Shown: piece by piece, positions 38,908-52,963 of the stretch
Layout of the letters: every line of letters starts with the position of its first letter
How positions within the stretch are numbered: the first letter of the stretch is position 1
Assembly (NCBI GenBank): GCA_038087875.1
Contig: CM075988.1
Location: 15,378,001-15,442,000, forward strand
Length of the DNA stretch: 64,000 nucleotides
Origin: Malacoraja senta
Taxonomy: Eukaryota
Reading direction: 5' to 3'
Notes under the pieces: model-generated
What the model saw: only the letters and a program-made list of their open reading frames with translations
Database searches by the model: none
Told to the model about the DNA's origin: nothing
Program-made: the position numbers and the translations under genes

Positions 38908-40225
38908 TACGTCAGGCTGTTATTCATTGATTACAGCTCGGCATTTAATACAATCATTCCCTCGAAGCTGGTTACCAAACTCGCAGAACTGTTCCAAAAG
39001 AGTTGGAACTGTTCCAACTGTTCTGAAGAAGGGGTTCGGCCCGAAACGTTGCCTATTTCCTTCGCTCCATAGATGCTGCTGCACATGCTGAGTTTCTCCA
39101 GCATTTTTGTGTACCAAACTCGCAGAACTGGGTCTCTGCGCATCCCTCTGCAATTGGATCCTCGACTTCCTCATTCACAGACCACAGACTGTTCGAATTG
39201 GTGGAAAGGTGTCAGCCTCGATAACAATCAGCACGGGAGCACCTCAAGGCTGCGTGCTCAGCCCCCTGCTATACTCACTCTATACTCATGACTGCATAGC
39301 CGGTCATAGTGCGAACTCCATCATCAAGTTCGCTGACGACACCACTGTTGTGGGACGTATCACTGATGGGGACAAGTCAGAGTATGGAAGAGAGATCGAA
39401 AGACCAAATGGTGCCAGCACAATAACCTGGCCCTCAACACCAGCAAAACCAAGGAACTGATTGTGGACTTTGGAAGAGGTAGGATGGGGACCCACAGTCC
39501 CATTTATATCAACGGGTCGATGGTGGAAAGGGTCAAGAGCTTCAAATTCCTGGGTGTGCACCTCTCTGAAGATCTTTCCTGGTCCGAGAACACTGATGCA
39601 ATTATAAAGAAAGCACATCAGCGCCTCTACTTCCTGAGAAGATTACGGAGAGTCGGTATATCAAGGAGGACTCTCTCTAACTTCTACAGGTGCACAGTCG
39701 AGAGCATGTTGACCGGTTGCATCATGGCTTGGTTCAGCAACTTGAGCGCCCAGGAGCGGAAAAGACTACAAAAAGTAGTAAACCACTGCCCAGTCCATCA
39801 TCGGCTCTGACCTCCCTTCCATCGAGGGGATCTATCGCAGTCGCTGCCTCAAAAAGGCTGGCAGCATCATCAAGGACCCACACCATCCTGGCCACACACT
39901 CATCTCCCCGCTACCTTCAGCTAGAAGGTACAGGAGCCTGAAGACTGCAACGTCCAGGTTCAGGAATAGCTACTTCCCCACAGCCATCAGGCTATTAAAC
40001 TCAACTAAAAAACCCCTCTGAACATTAATAGCCCATTATCTGTTTATTTGCACTTTATCTGTTTATTTATTCATGTGTGTATATATTTATATAATGGTAT
40101 ATGGACACACTGATCTGTTCTGTATTATTCATGCCTACTATATTCTGTTGTGCTGAAGCAAAGCAAGAATTTAATTGTCCTATCTGGGACACATGACAAT
40201 AAACTCTCTTGAATCTTGAATCTTT
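38908..40225 (+). mobile_element. Rex1/Babar-type LINE 3' half
   Basis: [39 protein letters not shown] and KKAHQRLYFLRRL; 3' AATAAA with (TCTTGAA)n tail. Confidence 0.9.
38992..39111 (+). mobile_element. PLE mini-insertion inside the Rex1 element, 19-bp TSD
   Basis: TSD TACCAAACTCGCAGAACTG at 38973-38991 and 39112-39130. Confidence 0.85.
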
Positions 40226-43200
40226 GACTTTCTAATCACTGTGAGGCAGCGTTCAATTAATGTAAAGAAAATATATAATATTAATGGAAGCATGTAAAAG
40301 GATTCAGGGACAGAATAGATGTGCATTCAGCGAAGTTAACACAAATAGAGGCAATTGTGGTCTTAATGACTTCCTCTTGGTTTGTACGTTTCAGGACGGA
40401 ACAATAAAACCTTGCAGATTGTGAGACTAATTACTTTAGACACTCTGGATCAGTCAACAATTTTCACATTTTTTCGGGCTTCAATCGATCAATACATGGA
40501 TTGTGTATATTAGCTACAAGGAGAAGTGGGGGAAACATGGATTGTTTTCTCTGGAACACCGGAGATTCAGGGGGGACCTGATAGAAATATATGCAATTAT
40601 GACAGGCATAGATAGGGCAGTCAGAATTTTTTTTTTTTTTTTTGCAGGGTGGAAATGTCAAAGATGAGAGGGCATAATAGCTTTTAAGGTGCGAGGGCTA
40701 AAATCTAAAGGAGATGTACGGGGCAATATTTTTTACACAGAGGATAGCAGGTATCTGGAACGCATTGCCAGGAATGGTGGTGGAGGCATGTACAATAGTG
40801 GCATTCAAGAGGCTTTTAAATAAACACATAGATATGCAGGGATATGGATCATGTGCAGGCAGATTAGTTTATCATGGCATCATGTTCAGCACGGATATTG
40901 TGGGTCGAAGGGCCTGTGCTGTTCTATGCTAGTAAATTATCTGGGCTGCACTTGTATCCTGTACCATAGAAACATAGAAAATAGGTGCAGGAGGAGGCCA
41001 TTCAGCCCTTCGAGCCAGCACCGCCATTCATTGCGATCATGGCTGATCGTCCCCAATCAATAACCCGTGCCTGCCTTCTCCCCATACCCCTTGATTCCAC
41101 TAGCCCCTAGAGCTCTATCTAACTCTCTCTTAAATCCATCCAGTGATCCCTTCCAGACAAGCAATGTGCAATTTAGTTTAGAGATGCATCGCAGAAACAG
41201 GCCCTTCGGCCCACTGAGTCCGCGCCGACCAACGATCCCTTCACACTAGCACTATCCTACACACACTAGGGATAATTTACAATCAGGATCGAACCCGGGC
41301 CTCTGGCGCTGTAAGGCAGCAACTCTACCATGCCGCCCTTCGACTGATCCACTTCACAAATTACCAAAACATCGCAGGGCGGCACTCAGTAGACATTCTA
41401 TTTATCACTAGTGCCATATTGTGATTTTAATCTCTTTTGTTCTTTTCCTTGTGGAGTTAGTCAGTGCCTTAGACTCTGTAGTTTCCAGATGTCAACCCTG
41501 ATATGCACTAAAGAAAATGAATAACAAAATTGGGAGGACTCCATCAATCAGCTATCACAGTGGTATTTCCTGTCAGTGCACAATTATATGGCGTCACATC
41601 GGACCAGAGAGCTATTCACGGAAACACAAAAGAATGACAGATTAAAAATTCAGATTTACACTGGAAACTGTGTGGGAAGATTTGAATAGTATGTAATATT
41701 TATCAAATAATAGACACTGGAAGTGAGTTACTGGCTATCATCTAATGAAAAGGTTTAGAAAGGTTGGGGGGGGGGGGGGGGAATTGATGGTGGTTTATCC
41801 AGAAATGAGTCACAGAGGGAATATCTAATTGTAACAGATAGTCAGGTGTGGGGGGGAATGGTGACAGAGGGGTGAGGGAGGCTGGGTGTAAAACAACAAA
41901 TAGACAGGAAATAAGGAAAAGAGTACAAGAAAGGAAAAGGAACAGAAAAGTTAACTATGGAATTCGCTTGGCATAAAATCAAACTTATGAGGAGTAATTC
42001 TACAGAGAGTAGTCTGGTTTAATGCTCATCCAGAATTCTGCCCTTCATCCATCTGCTAATCTGACCTTTATTGTTGATGTTTTTGCCATCAACTCCTTCA
42101 CCGGACTACTCTTCAGCAGTCCCCCAAGGGTGACTTGCTTCCACTCCAGTTTGTGGGTCCTGAGGTGACTGACAAGGCCTTTATGGGAACCACAAGCTCT
42201 TCCATGGATGGGGCGGAAGGTGCCTGATCAGGCAGGTGGGTGGGGAGTTTTGGAGTTGGTTTACTCGTGGATCCTGTGGGCTCCTACAGCATGGGTTTGA
42301 CATTCACATTAACACCGCAGATGGCCCCTCTCCACTCTGGTTGGTTTTGGGGCAAAATCCCAAGGAGTCAGAGGAGATGTGTGAAGTCCTGGCTGCCCTT
42401 TTACAGCAAGTACATGGAGGCTGTGGGGAACGTACAGACGATGTTTAACGGAATGATGCCCAGTAGAGGCTATTAGCTGCAACGTGAGGTTGGACAAACT
42501 TGGATTGGTATCTCTGCAATGCCAGAGGTTAAGTGGAGACCTGCTAGAAGTTATAAAGTTATGAGAGCCATAGATAGGATGGATAGTCAGAACTTTGTTC
42601 CCAGGATAGAAATATCAGACTAGGTCAGAAGGCCAAAGTTTAAAGGAGATGATCCTCCAAGATTATCTATGGAGAGGGTAGTGATGCCTAGAACCTGCTG
42701 CCAGGGGTGGTGGTGGAGGCAGATACAATAGTGGTGTTTAAGAGACACAACGGATCAGCTGTGATTGTATCTAATGGCAAAGCAAGCAGGAAGTCAAAAA
42801 GCTGTACACTCTGCTCCTGTTTCTATGCTTCATCTCCTTTATTTTCACTTTCTCACCTTAAAGCTATGCCCTCTCTGATATTTTCACCCTGGGAAAAATA
42901 GTTCTGTCTATCCTATCTATATCTCTCGTGCTTCTGTTTGTGGAGACAGCGTTGATGGTGTCAGTCTAGTGCTTTGAGGTGTCTGCTGCAAGTTCACGTT
43001 CTAGGAGTAGAATCAGGCCATTCGGCCCATCAAGTCTACTCCGCCATTCAATCATGGTCGATCTATCTTTCCCTCTCAACCCCATTCTCCCCATAACACC
43101 CTTATTAATCAAGAATCTGTCACTCTCGGCCTTAAAAATATCCATTGACTAGATCCATTCCACAGATGGCTGTAGCAATGAATCTACAGCAGTCCTGGTA

Positions 43201-45289
43201 TCAGAAGAATACAGGATGCAGGGATTACTTCATTTGAGGACCATGAATCTTACTACTTTTCGTAAAAAGTGAATTCTTCAGAAGCCTCTATGTTTCTTCC
43301 TTTTGGCATCAAGATCCAGTAGTTGAGATCTGTAAACTTACAGAAAGCAGGACTGATCAGATCTGCTCCCTCCCTAAATGGCTCTATTTATCCTCCGCTA
43401 CCAGAAATCTTCCCTGGCTTGATTCTAAAACTACTTCTAACCCAGGCCCTGGGGGAAATTCTTCAAGATGCCACATAATTTGAAGGAAAACTCCATGGGA
43501 GTTTTTATTCTAATCCCATTGGCAGATTGTTGTAGTAGTTTGCGTATGGGGAGGAGTAGAAAATGCCTTTGTCAGTCTTGTAGGAATGTAAGTCATGACG
43601 TCCTTTGATTGCCAGCCCAATGACTGGCGTGCTGCATATATTTAATCTTCCAGAAATATGATACCTACTTTGTGAAACAGCAAAGCAGCAAAAACAACAT
43701 TGTTAGGGTGGAGCTGAGTTGCCGGGTCACTATTTGGAAAATGCTGCCAATGTATAATGGAATAAGCCAGCTCGGTAGATCTTTAGTTTAGTTTAGAGAT
43801 ACAGCGCGGAAACAGGCCCTTCGGCCCACCGAGACCGCACCGACCAGCGATCCCCTCACATTAACACTATCCTACACACTTGAGGGACAATTTACACATA
43901 CACCAAGCCAATTAACCTATAAACATGTACGACTTTGGAGTGTGGGAGGAAACCGAAGATCTTGGAGAAAACCCACACGGTCACAGGGAGAACGTACAAA
44001 CTCCGTACAGACAGCACCTGCAGTCGGAATTGAACCAGGGTCTCCGGTGCTGCAAGCGCTGGAAAGCAGCAACTGTACCGCTGCGCCACTTTGACCGCCC
44101 ATCTAGGGATCTTCCTGCACTGGACTGTACCCTGGACTGTCCCTGTACATAGGGATAGTACTATTGCCACTGAAATTGACCATTTCATGCCTAACTAATA
44201 GGAATTAAGAAATTCCGTTTCTTTTTTAATCTTTCAGCGATTCAAAGATTAAAACCTTGATTTATATCTCTTATCCCTGTCAATTGAAATGTCATGCCAT
44301 TATCTCGTTGCCATTATTTGCAGAATATTAACTTACTGCCTAATTGTTAACTCATTTTTGTTTGAGTTCTCATTAATCCAGCCTGTTCCCTTGTCTAAAA
44401 CGCATTGTAGAAAATGCATACACCTATTTCATGATCTGTTCATTTCCTCAATTTATATTAAACTTAGAACAACATGGCTTTAATCACACATTTAGTGCGT
44501 TACTCTATGGCACTGCACAATTGGTGAGCCATTACAAGGCATTGCTACACCTTCAGAAGTGGTGTCCATGGGATTGGACATTAATTAGATAACATCACTG
44601 TTATCTAATAACATCTCAGCAACATCACTGAGACAGATGCAAAATAATCCATGACACAATTTTGCAGATTAAATGTTCTCCACACCGAGTCTGTAACATG
44701 TTATCCTCAGCCAACATCACTAAAGCACACAATCATGTCATTTATCTCAGTAATTTTGTTTTGTGGAATCTTGCTGTGTGCAGCAAAAAGGACACAAAGT
44801 GCTGGAGTAACTCAGTGGGTCAGGCCGGACCTGGTGAGTTACTCCAGCACTTTGCGTCCTTTTTTGTAAACCTGCATCTGCAGTTCCCTGTTTCAACATT
44901 GTAATGAGTAAACTTGAAAACAGTGGTGTGATGACACAGCCCTGCCTGACCCCATTCTACACTTAAATCATACAGCACAGGAAGAAGCATTTTGGGCTGT
45001 CGTTGAACATCTAGCCAAACAGTTGCTAATTTGTGTTTCTTCCATATATAGTTCCTTTACAGGCATTTTCCCTGTGAAAATCTGCTCCCGCTATCCTTTC
45101 AGGCAGTGCCTTGTAAATGTTCATTTCCCCTCTGGAATTTTGATCTTGTTTATAATGGTCAGTCTGCCCTCAATCATTACTGGTGCCATGAATTGATTCA
45201 AACATCTGGGTGTGGATGGAAGATAAATCAACTGAAGATAGTTCCTGTCGGAGAAAACCAAAAACCATGACCTTGCTTTAAAATATAAC

Positions 45290-45654
45290 TCAGTGTTAAT
45301 GGTTTTATTTTATGCGATTGCAAATGTGAAAATACATTTTAAATGATATATATCAAAGTCATCAACAATTAAGTATAAATCTATACATCTTTAAAGTAAT
45401 TTAAAAAATATTCAAGTTTGCTTTCATATATAACATTTGAATATTTACAGATCACTAACAGATACTCAACTATGAACACTGATCTCCCCCTCAACTAGAA
45501 ATCCTGGATCTCTTTAAAATAAAAATCATTCTAAGAGACATCGGACATTCTGTTAAATAACTCTGATTATAGTCTTGGTGAGGGTCCGGGATCTCCGTCG
45601 CGAACGAGTGGCTAGTTTTGGGTCATGTTGGTCGAGGAAGCATTTGAAGAGCTT
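45290..45654 (-). other. Possible MPZL2 terminal 3'UTR exon
   Basis: Acceptor-like CTGATTACAG near 45655, AT-rich body, AATAAA at 45309-45304 on the minus strand. Inference only. Confidence 0.3.
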
Positions 45655-47279
45655 CTGTAATCAGTTGCCTGCGACTCAAAACTCAGCAATTTATGGGCTC
45701 TGGGAGAGCATGGAAGTAAATAAAATGAAGGAAATGGAATGGAGCAGATAATGGAAGTGAAGCTGCATTGTATTGTGTATTGATTGTGGTGAAGAATCTC
45801 CCAATCTGGAGCCGTATCATCAATTCAATGTTGTCTAGCAAAGCTGGCATTCATTGTCCATTCCTAGATGTCCGATGAAGACGGTAGATTTTCCTTTGGA
45901 AGCACTGACGTCTGGGAAGCAGCCTTTGACACCACTGAGTAACTAAATCGGAGCACATTTAAGAATGAATCACATTGAGGTGGAGTCACATAAAGAACCA
46001 GTGTGGTGAAAGGATGGCATTTTCCCTTGTTCCACAGACATCAGTAAATGAATTGAAACTTTGCAAATATCCGGCAGTTCTGGAGTTCCTTTCATCAAAA
46101 TCAGATTTTAAAAAAAATTCAATTCTCAAATTTCATTGTTGAGATATGAACTCAAATTCTTTGAATCAATATTCCAGTGATATAACTATTATATTCCTAT
46201 TCCCTGGGTTGTTCTCGATGGACACGCCAGGTTTAACAATAGGTTTCTGCTATTAGGTCTCAGGTCTCAGCTATCTGTGACTCGAGCTGCAACAGACTGG
46301 TGGTGTTGGCTGGGCTCAAGTGCAGCTCTCTTTTTAATACAACACAAGCGTGATGTGCTGAACAGCACAAGGAAAATAGTCTGAAATGTTCCCCCTATAA
46401 AAGGTGGGCGACATGAAGTTTACTTTAAAATCTTGCTTCTTCTCTTGTTAAAATTAAACTTTGTTCTGCGACAGACCTGGAAAAGGCGAAGAACACTGTT
46501 TTACCAAACAAGGACGGTCCATGGTTGCAGTTACATTTGTTGTTTGACCACCATCTGGTGAATATTTCTCACTCAAGTGTGCCAAATATCTGAGATCACC
46601 ATCATCTCCCAGTTTCCTGAACGATATGCCAGCCAGTCTCTAAATCTAAATCCCAGGACACCCATAGTGCAGGAGCATCCTCTCCATGGAGAGAGCACCA
46701 ACTCAAAGGTAGTAGGGGTTGGTTAGTGAAAATTGGTGTCGTCATTGAAGCTCTTGGACTGCTCGACACTTTGGATCTTGGTCCAGGTCAAATCCCCTTA
46801 TGGAAAATTGCTTTCACTTTTAAGGAGAACAGCCTTGAGTTTCAAAGGTGAAAATGTAATCAAAGGCATTAATAATAATACATGGATTCGGCAGGATAGA
46901 AAGAATTTCTCTGTGACTGATTCCTCTCTCCCCCCCCACACTCCCCATCACCCACCCACAACCTTCATGCTTTTTCCACCCACGCCATTCAACTGGTGCA
47001 AACAGTGGTATTCCCATCACACGTGGGATCGCAGTCCTAAAAAACACAAGTGGGAATTGAATGAGGCGGTGGTGAGGAAAAGCACCAAAGCTATATCGAA
47101 ATGCATTAGGGATTGGCAAGGAGAGGAAACACAGTGCCAAGGGTACTCTCTTGATCACTAAGATCATTCTGCACAAATGCCAGCACTTCGACAGGTAAAC
47201 ACGGGGCTGTGTGCGAGAGGTGGGGGTGCAGGTGGGGCTGTGAGGTTAGCAAAGGAAGTCATGCATCTCTATAGTATCT

Positions 47280-47680
47280 TACAATGACTTGACCTTGCAG
47301 AATGCTTCGCTTCCAAAACAGCACTTGCAAGCGTAGTCACTGTTGCAGTGTAGGAAATACAGCAGCAAACCATCAGATTGTCTGTTTTAGTGACGTTAGT
47401 TGAGGGAAAACAAATATTGCCCCTTCACTCAGCCAGGAACACCTCCTTTCTTTAAAATAGTAGACTCTCTTACATGGATTTGAAAGGGCAGGGAACAAAA
47501 ACAATTACAATTTAACTTCTTATCCAAAGCCCAGTTCTTCCTCATTGCTGTTTGGGAGATAGTGAAGTAACCCATTAGTGGCCTCTCTGACAATGCAGAT
47601 TCCCACGTTACTGCACTGGGTTACGTCTCAGGAGTGGGATGTGAACCCAAGAACTTCTCAGTATTATAAACGGAGGCAAG
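47280..47680 (-). mobile_element. Old Deu-domain SINE (SacSINE1-like); related pieces at 44690-44785(+), and 57830-57997 with 61180-61330(+)
   Basis: Degenerate match to the recalled Deu-domain consensus (AATATTTATCCCTCAACCAACATCACTAAAACAGA...CTTGCTGTG). Confidence 0.6.
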
Positions 47681-47795
47681 GCTCATGGGGGGGTGGGGGG
47701 GGGGGGTGCTGGAGGGGAAGATGATGCTGGGTCATGGGACTATTGTTTCTTTAATATAAAGGACAACAAACTGCTGAGTCAGGTACCTTCAGTCT

Positions 47796-47868
47796 TCAGG
47801 AAACCCTTGCTGACTCGGCCTCTTCAGTCAGACTCAGCACCTCACCATTGAACTTCCTCATTTCCATA
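47796..47868 (-). CDS. MPZL2: MPZL2 exon 5, end of cytoplasmic tail (MEMRKFNGEVLSLTEEAESARVS*)
   Basis: Pyrimidine tract and TTAACAG acceptor; only the phase-2 frame is open, matching exon 4; TGA followed by a possible donor AAG|GTACCT 9 nt later. Confidence 0.7.
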
Positions 47869-48952
47869 CTGTTAAAAGAATACAGAGGGGAGGTAAGGGA
47901 GGAGGAGCTCAACAGGATCAGCCTGTGATCTGTGTAATTGGTAGTTTACACTCGAGGACCAGGTTGCGGGGCCCAGCAAGTTCAAGGACATGAAATAAGA
48001 ATATAGGATAGAAAGGAACTGCAGATGCTGGTTTAAGCCAAAGATAGACACAAAATGCTGGAGTAACTCAGCGGGGCAGACAGCATCATGCCGCCAGTCC
48101 CGCTAAGTTACTCCAAAACATTTTGTGTCCATCCATGATTCAATACCACGGTTGATCTACCTCGGGTCTCAATGTTCCATTGCCACATCCACATGAACTT
48201 CAATTCATGATCTTTCATATATGTATCTACACCTATCTTAATTGCTTCTAATGATCTAGCCTCCACTATTCATAGGGCGCAGGAATTCACTGCCTTCTGA
48301 GAGACGAGAGAAACCCACCTTGGTTTTTAAATAACCTTCCCCTTATCTTGTCCTGCCACTTGAGACCCATCCACTCATGAAAACATATGACCCGTCATGC
48401 CCCATTAAGGCCTTATACGTATGTTTCAATAAGATCACCCTTCTAAACTTCAAAGAATACAGACCTAAATCTGGGACATCTTTTTAAGTGATGGCAAGTG
48501 GAGGACACCCAACAGCTGAGTATTAGTCCACACCGACACTGAACCACAAAACCTTTGCAGATCTTTATGCTGGTGATTCTTGCCCATTGGTTTGTTGAGT
48601 TTTAACACTGTAAACACAGCAGTTGGAATGGGGCCTTGGTATTTCTGTTCCCTCGTGCATGGGTAAGCAGTGAAGAAATTTGGGAATAAGCAGTGGAAAG
48701 AATGGGAACGAGGGGAGGAAGGCGTGGTAGGGTGAGGTGGCAGAAAGACGGAGGTGGGGAAAGAGTGAAGACAAGAGAACGAGCGAGAGGGAGATTGGGA
48801 GAGATAACTGCTCTCATATTCTGGCTTAACGTCCAAAACCGAGCTTGGCTGCTGGGCTGGTGCCAAAGCAGGAAGAGCCTTACCTGTAGACTGTGGGGCA
48901 GCAGGTCCAGAGGACACCCCTCTACAGGGAGGGGCAGAGTGCAACTCCTTAC

Positions 48953-49139
48953 CCATCTTTACTGTCGTATCCTCGTTCCTCCCTACGTAGATCCGCCTCC
49001 ACCTCCAGCTCCTCCACACTCAAGTCCTCCCTCCTCCTCCTGCAAAGCTGCACCGTAACCATACAGATGACGATCAGGACCACCAGCCCCGTTGCTCCTC
49101 CGATCACAATGCCCAAGATCAGCATCTCCGAGTAGGTGA
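48953..49139 (-). CDS. MPZL2: MPZL2 exon 4 (transmembrane and juxtamembrane)
   Basis: CCTGCAG|TC...GG|GTAAGG; encodes VTYSEMLILGIVIGGATGLVVLIVICMVTVQLCRRRRE..., similar to MPZL2 [37 protein letters not shown]. Confidence 0.92.
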
Positions 49140-50825
49140 CTGCAGGGCCGAGAGCAGTGGGAGAAAGACGTCACCAATATACAGCAAATTCCTTCCCATA
49201 CACAGCTCAGCGGGGTACCACGTTCCCAAACTCAATCCCAACCTTCTGGATTTATCAGCATTTAGACACACCAGTTTTTGTTTTGAAAGTATGTTCATAC
49301 TATTTGAGGAAGGTCCAGGAAAGATTCAAGACAGACTTCCCAGGATGTAGCACTGTGGTAACATGGACAGATGAGAGAGACTGGGACTCCTTGCTTTAGT
49401 GAAAGCCAAGTGTAGATTTGATGCAAGTATATAAAGTGGCAAAGGGAAGAGTGAACACTGAGAAGCGGGTGTGTGACTGTACATATAGATATGCCTTTAT
49501 TGTCATTCAGACCGAAGTCTGGACAAAATTGCAGCAGTCATACATATAATACAATAAAAACAACAATAAACACATATTAACATCCACCACAGTGAGTCCA
49601 CCCAGCATCTCCTCACTGTGATGGAGGCAAAAGTCTTAGGTCTGCAGTCTCTTCCCTCCTCTTCTCCCTCTGCGCTGAGGCGATACCCCCCGGGCGATGT
49701 TATAAATCAGTCCCGCGGCTCAAACACCGCGGCCCGGGGTGGTCGAAGCTGCCGCCCACCAGTCCTGCAGACGCAGCCGCTGGCCCGTGGCCGAACCCCG
49801 CCGGTCTCAGGCCACCACCGCCAGAACACCGTCCCAGCCACCCTCACGTGAGTACCGTGCCGTCTTCAGCCTCGGGCTGGGCCGCCCCGACATGGGCGCT
49901 GAACCTCCCCCCGGGCCGGGCCGCCCTGACATGGGCGTCGCTTCTCCCTCCGGGCCGGGCCGCCCTGACATGGGCGCCGAACCTCCCTCGGGCTGCGAGC
50001 GCCGCACCTCCCCGAGCTCGGCCGCTCCAACGGGAGACTCGTTCCACGCTTGGGCTGGCCATTAATCATACACATAATCATTCCCATTAATCATAAATGG
50101 GAAGAAAAATAAGTGACGAGAAAAAAAAATGTACAGAGTGTGACAGGAATCTGGAATATGCTATTACCATATGTTAACTAAACAGACTTATCTAAATCAG
50201 CTTTAAAGTTATCTCATGTGATTGCCGCCGGCTGGTTTCCCTTGAAACTGTTTAGTTTGTGCTTTTCATAGTCCCCAAAACCTTCTTGCATGTCTTATTT
50301 TGGTCAAAATGCGACGCACTTGAAAGTACACCTTAGCCAAGCAATGTCCCTCCATGGAAGGGTTAGGGTTGGCATGACTGGATGAATGGGAGATTCCTTT
50401 CACATTAATCTGCTTCCTCCCCCGTTACCTCACCAACTGGATACTGATTCATCCCTTTAACTGCTTTTCTTGGCAATGAAGGAAAGCAATAAATTAAAAT
50501 AACTTGAAATGAACTGTAAACTCAAGCACCTAAATTTAATAGCAACCCGAGGGAAAACATTTTCACACAGAAGGTGGTGGGTATATGGAACGAGTTGCGA
50601 GAGGAATTAGTTGAGGCAGGTGCAACGACAACATTTAAAAGACATTTGGACAGGTACATGGATAGGAAACGTTTAGAGGGACAAAGATGGACAAATGGGA
50701 TGAGCTTAGATGGGACATCTTGTCCGGCATGTTGGGCCAAAGGGCTTGTTTCTATGCTGTATGACTCTAGGTTACATTGGGATCAGACCCAGGCCACAAC
50801 ATAACGATGGCACCTTAACACAAAC

Positions 50826-51036
50826 CTTTTTCTACAACTGCAAGTCTGACTTCACCAACGATCAGGTCCACGTCAGGGGGATTCAGCACGGAGCACATGA
50901 ACGTTCCATTGTCCGTGAAGCGTAGGTCAGTGATGGTAATCGATACATCTTTTTTCCAAATGTTCCCAGACCACACCACCCGTCCCTTAAACCGTCCCCC
51001 TGTAGACGCATACGGTTGCTCTTGGTAATACATGAC
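50826..51036 (-). CDS. MPZL2: MPZL2 exon 3, second half of the IgV domain
   Basis: 211 nt, TAG|GTC...AAAG|GTTTGT; encodes VMYYQEQPYASTGGRFKGRVVWSGNIWKKDVSITITDLRFTDNGTFMCSVLNPPDVDLIVGEVRLAVVEK. Confidence 0.93.
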
Positions 51037-51771
51037 CTACGGAGAGAAAGAGAAGGTTATGCACTCAGCGGGCAGTCAGTCCACCTGCACAGTGGAGAGC
51101 AAGCTTTGCTCGAGTTGCCTGGACAGACTAGATAGGTTGATATTATTTCGTCTGGTCCAAAGAAAGTTGAGTGATAATCTTATAGTGATTTATAAAATCA
51201 TGAGAGGCATAGATAAGATGGAATCTCACAGTCAGGTAGGAGAGTCGAAAAATAGAGGGCGTAAGTATAAGGTGAGAGGGGGAGGATTTAAAGGGGGCCC
51301 GAGAGGCAGGTTTTCGACATAGAGAATGGTGTGTGTATGGAACAAGCTGCCAGAGGAAGTGGTACGGGTGGGTAGAATTACAACATGAACAAATATTTCA
51401 ATTGGTTTGTGGATTGGAAAGATTTGGAGGGATATGGGCCAAATGCAGGCAAATAGGACAATCTCAGGGAGATATTTTGTTTGGAGTGTATGAGTTGGGC
51501 CAACGGACCTGTTTCTATGTGGTTTAACTTCAATGCTGGCCGTGCCAGAGAATATTCTCAGAAAATGAATAAATAAAAATGTATTTTTCCCTTCAAACCT
51601 GTTCATAAAATTTTGAATGGGTCTGTCGTTTCCTTCCGCTTCAGGACTTGAACATTATTTCCCCATGTAACAATAGTTTCCCCACCCTAGAGCCATCTAG
51701 TATATCACCTTGGTAGACACAAAATGCTGGAGTAACTCAGCGGGTGAGGCAGCATCTCTGCAGAGAAGGAA

Positions 51772-51808
51772 TGGGTGACGTTTCGGGTCGAGACCCTTCT
51801 TCAGACTG
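51772..51808 (-). ncRNA. Minimal type I hammerhead ribozyme motif in a PLE terminal repeat (best copy)
   Basis: AGU-CUGAAGA-A-GGGUC(UC)GACCC-GAAA-C-GUC-ACC: conserved CUGANGA and GAAA core, helix II, palindromic ACGU in place of helix III, GUC cleavage triplet. Confidence 0.75.
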
Positions 51809-52963
51809 ATGTCAGTGGAGGGGGCGGGACAAAGATAGAATGTAGTCGGAGACAGTATATCCCCTTTATGCCCTATCTCTTCTGAGATGGTTGTTAATGT
51901 GGATAGAGTTCCTCAGCTTCTGGATATCCCGCTGCAGAAGTTCACACCCTCTGTGTATGGCTAGACATGAGCACAATGGCTCGACTATGTGTCGTCTTGC
52001 TATTCATAACAAGGAGCGGTCTTCACTTCTACAGCGAGTCACTGACCAGGGATCACCGGCTGGGAGTCAGGAGACAGGTCCCTTCCTTGGCCATTCCCAG
52101 GATTTTTGTCCTTGTCTGCACTCAGAGCCGTTGACCCACACCCTGCAGGGGAGAACTTTTCTAGGTCTCTCAGGAGAATTCTACGTCCCTGTTCTCTTTG
52201 GGACAGAAACAGACCTGAGGGTCTTACGGACTATATCTGCATTTCTATAGCACTTTTCATAACCTCAGGGCCTCCCAAGGTTCATACCAACTGATGAAGT
52301 GCATCTGCTGTACTGAGACTTTAAAACTATAAACAAAGCTTAATTAAATGTCTGTTCTAATTGGGTGTCCTGATGGAGGATTTATTCACAACAAGGCATC
52401 TGTGTTGATAAAACCTCCTTGGAATTTCATGGGGCATAGGGTTCAAAGAGTATTTTGCAGGTAAATGGGTCTGAGCTGCTGTGTGGAATAGAGACACTTG
52501 TTGACACTTGTATTACAGGCCCACCTCCGATTTTCTGGCTCTCTTGGCTGCAGAGCCTTTCTGGATTATCCGTTTTGCCGGACCAACAGAGGTCACGACC
52601 TTAGGAATGGATCTGCCAGCTCTGGCCAGACCGGAGTTCCGCAGCCCAGGCCTCAGGGGACAAACTTGACCTGCTGATCGGTGCGGAAGTTCCAATGAGG
52701 TAATTATCGAACCCTTCACCTGGCATAGGCACATTTTCAGGGGCAATTCTGCGGTGGGGGGGGGGGGGGGAGGGGGAGGTTCATCCGGATTAAAGGGGGG
52801 GGGGGGGGCAGACCACCAGTTGCCAGAAAATCGGTGTTGGACCTGTAAGTAGGACATCTTTTTATTAGCACAAGGGGTTGCAATGTTATATTGTTAACAT
52901 TCCCAGCCTGAGGGTACAGTTCACCTCTCTCCAACATGCTGGAACTCCCCACAGGATACTCAC

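Noticed and set aside
43660..43702. Possible MPZL3 exon 1 (MLFLLLCCFT...)
   Set aside because: The donor phase does not match exon 2 (phase 1 needed), and the alternative frame lacks a nearby ATG; exon 1 is left unassigned.
44651..44869. ORF containing signal-peptide-like MSFISVILFCGILLCAA
   Set aside because: Wrong strand for the MPZL genes, and made of Deu-SINE and PLE sequence.
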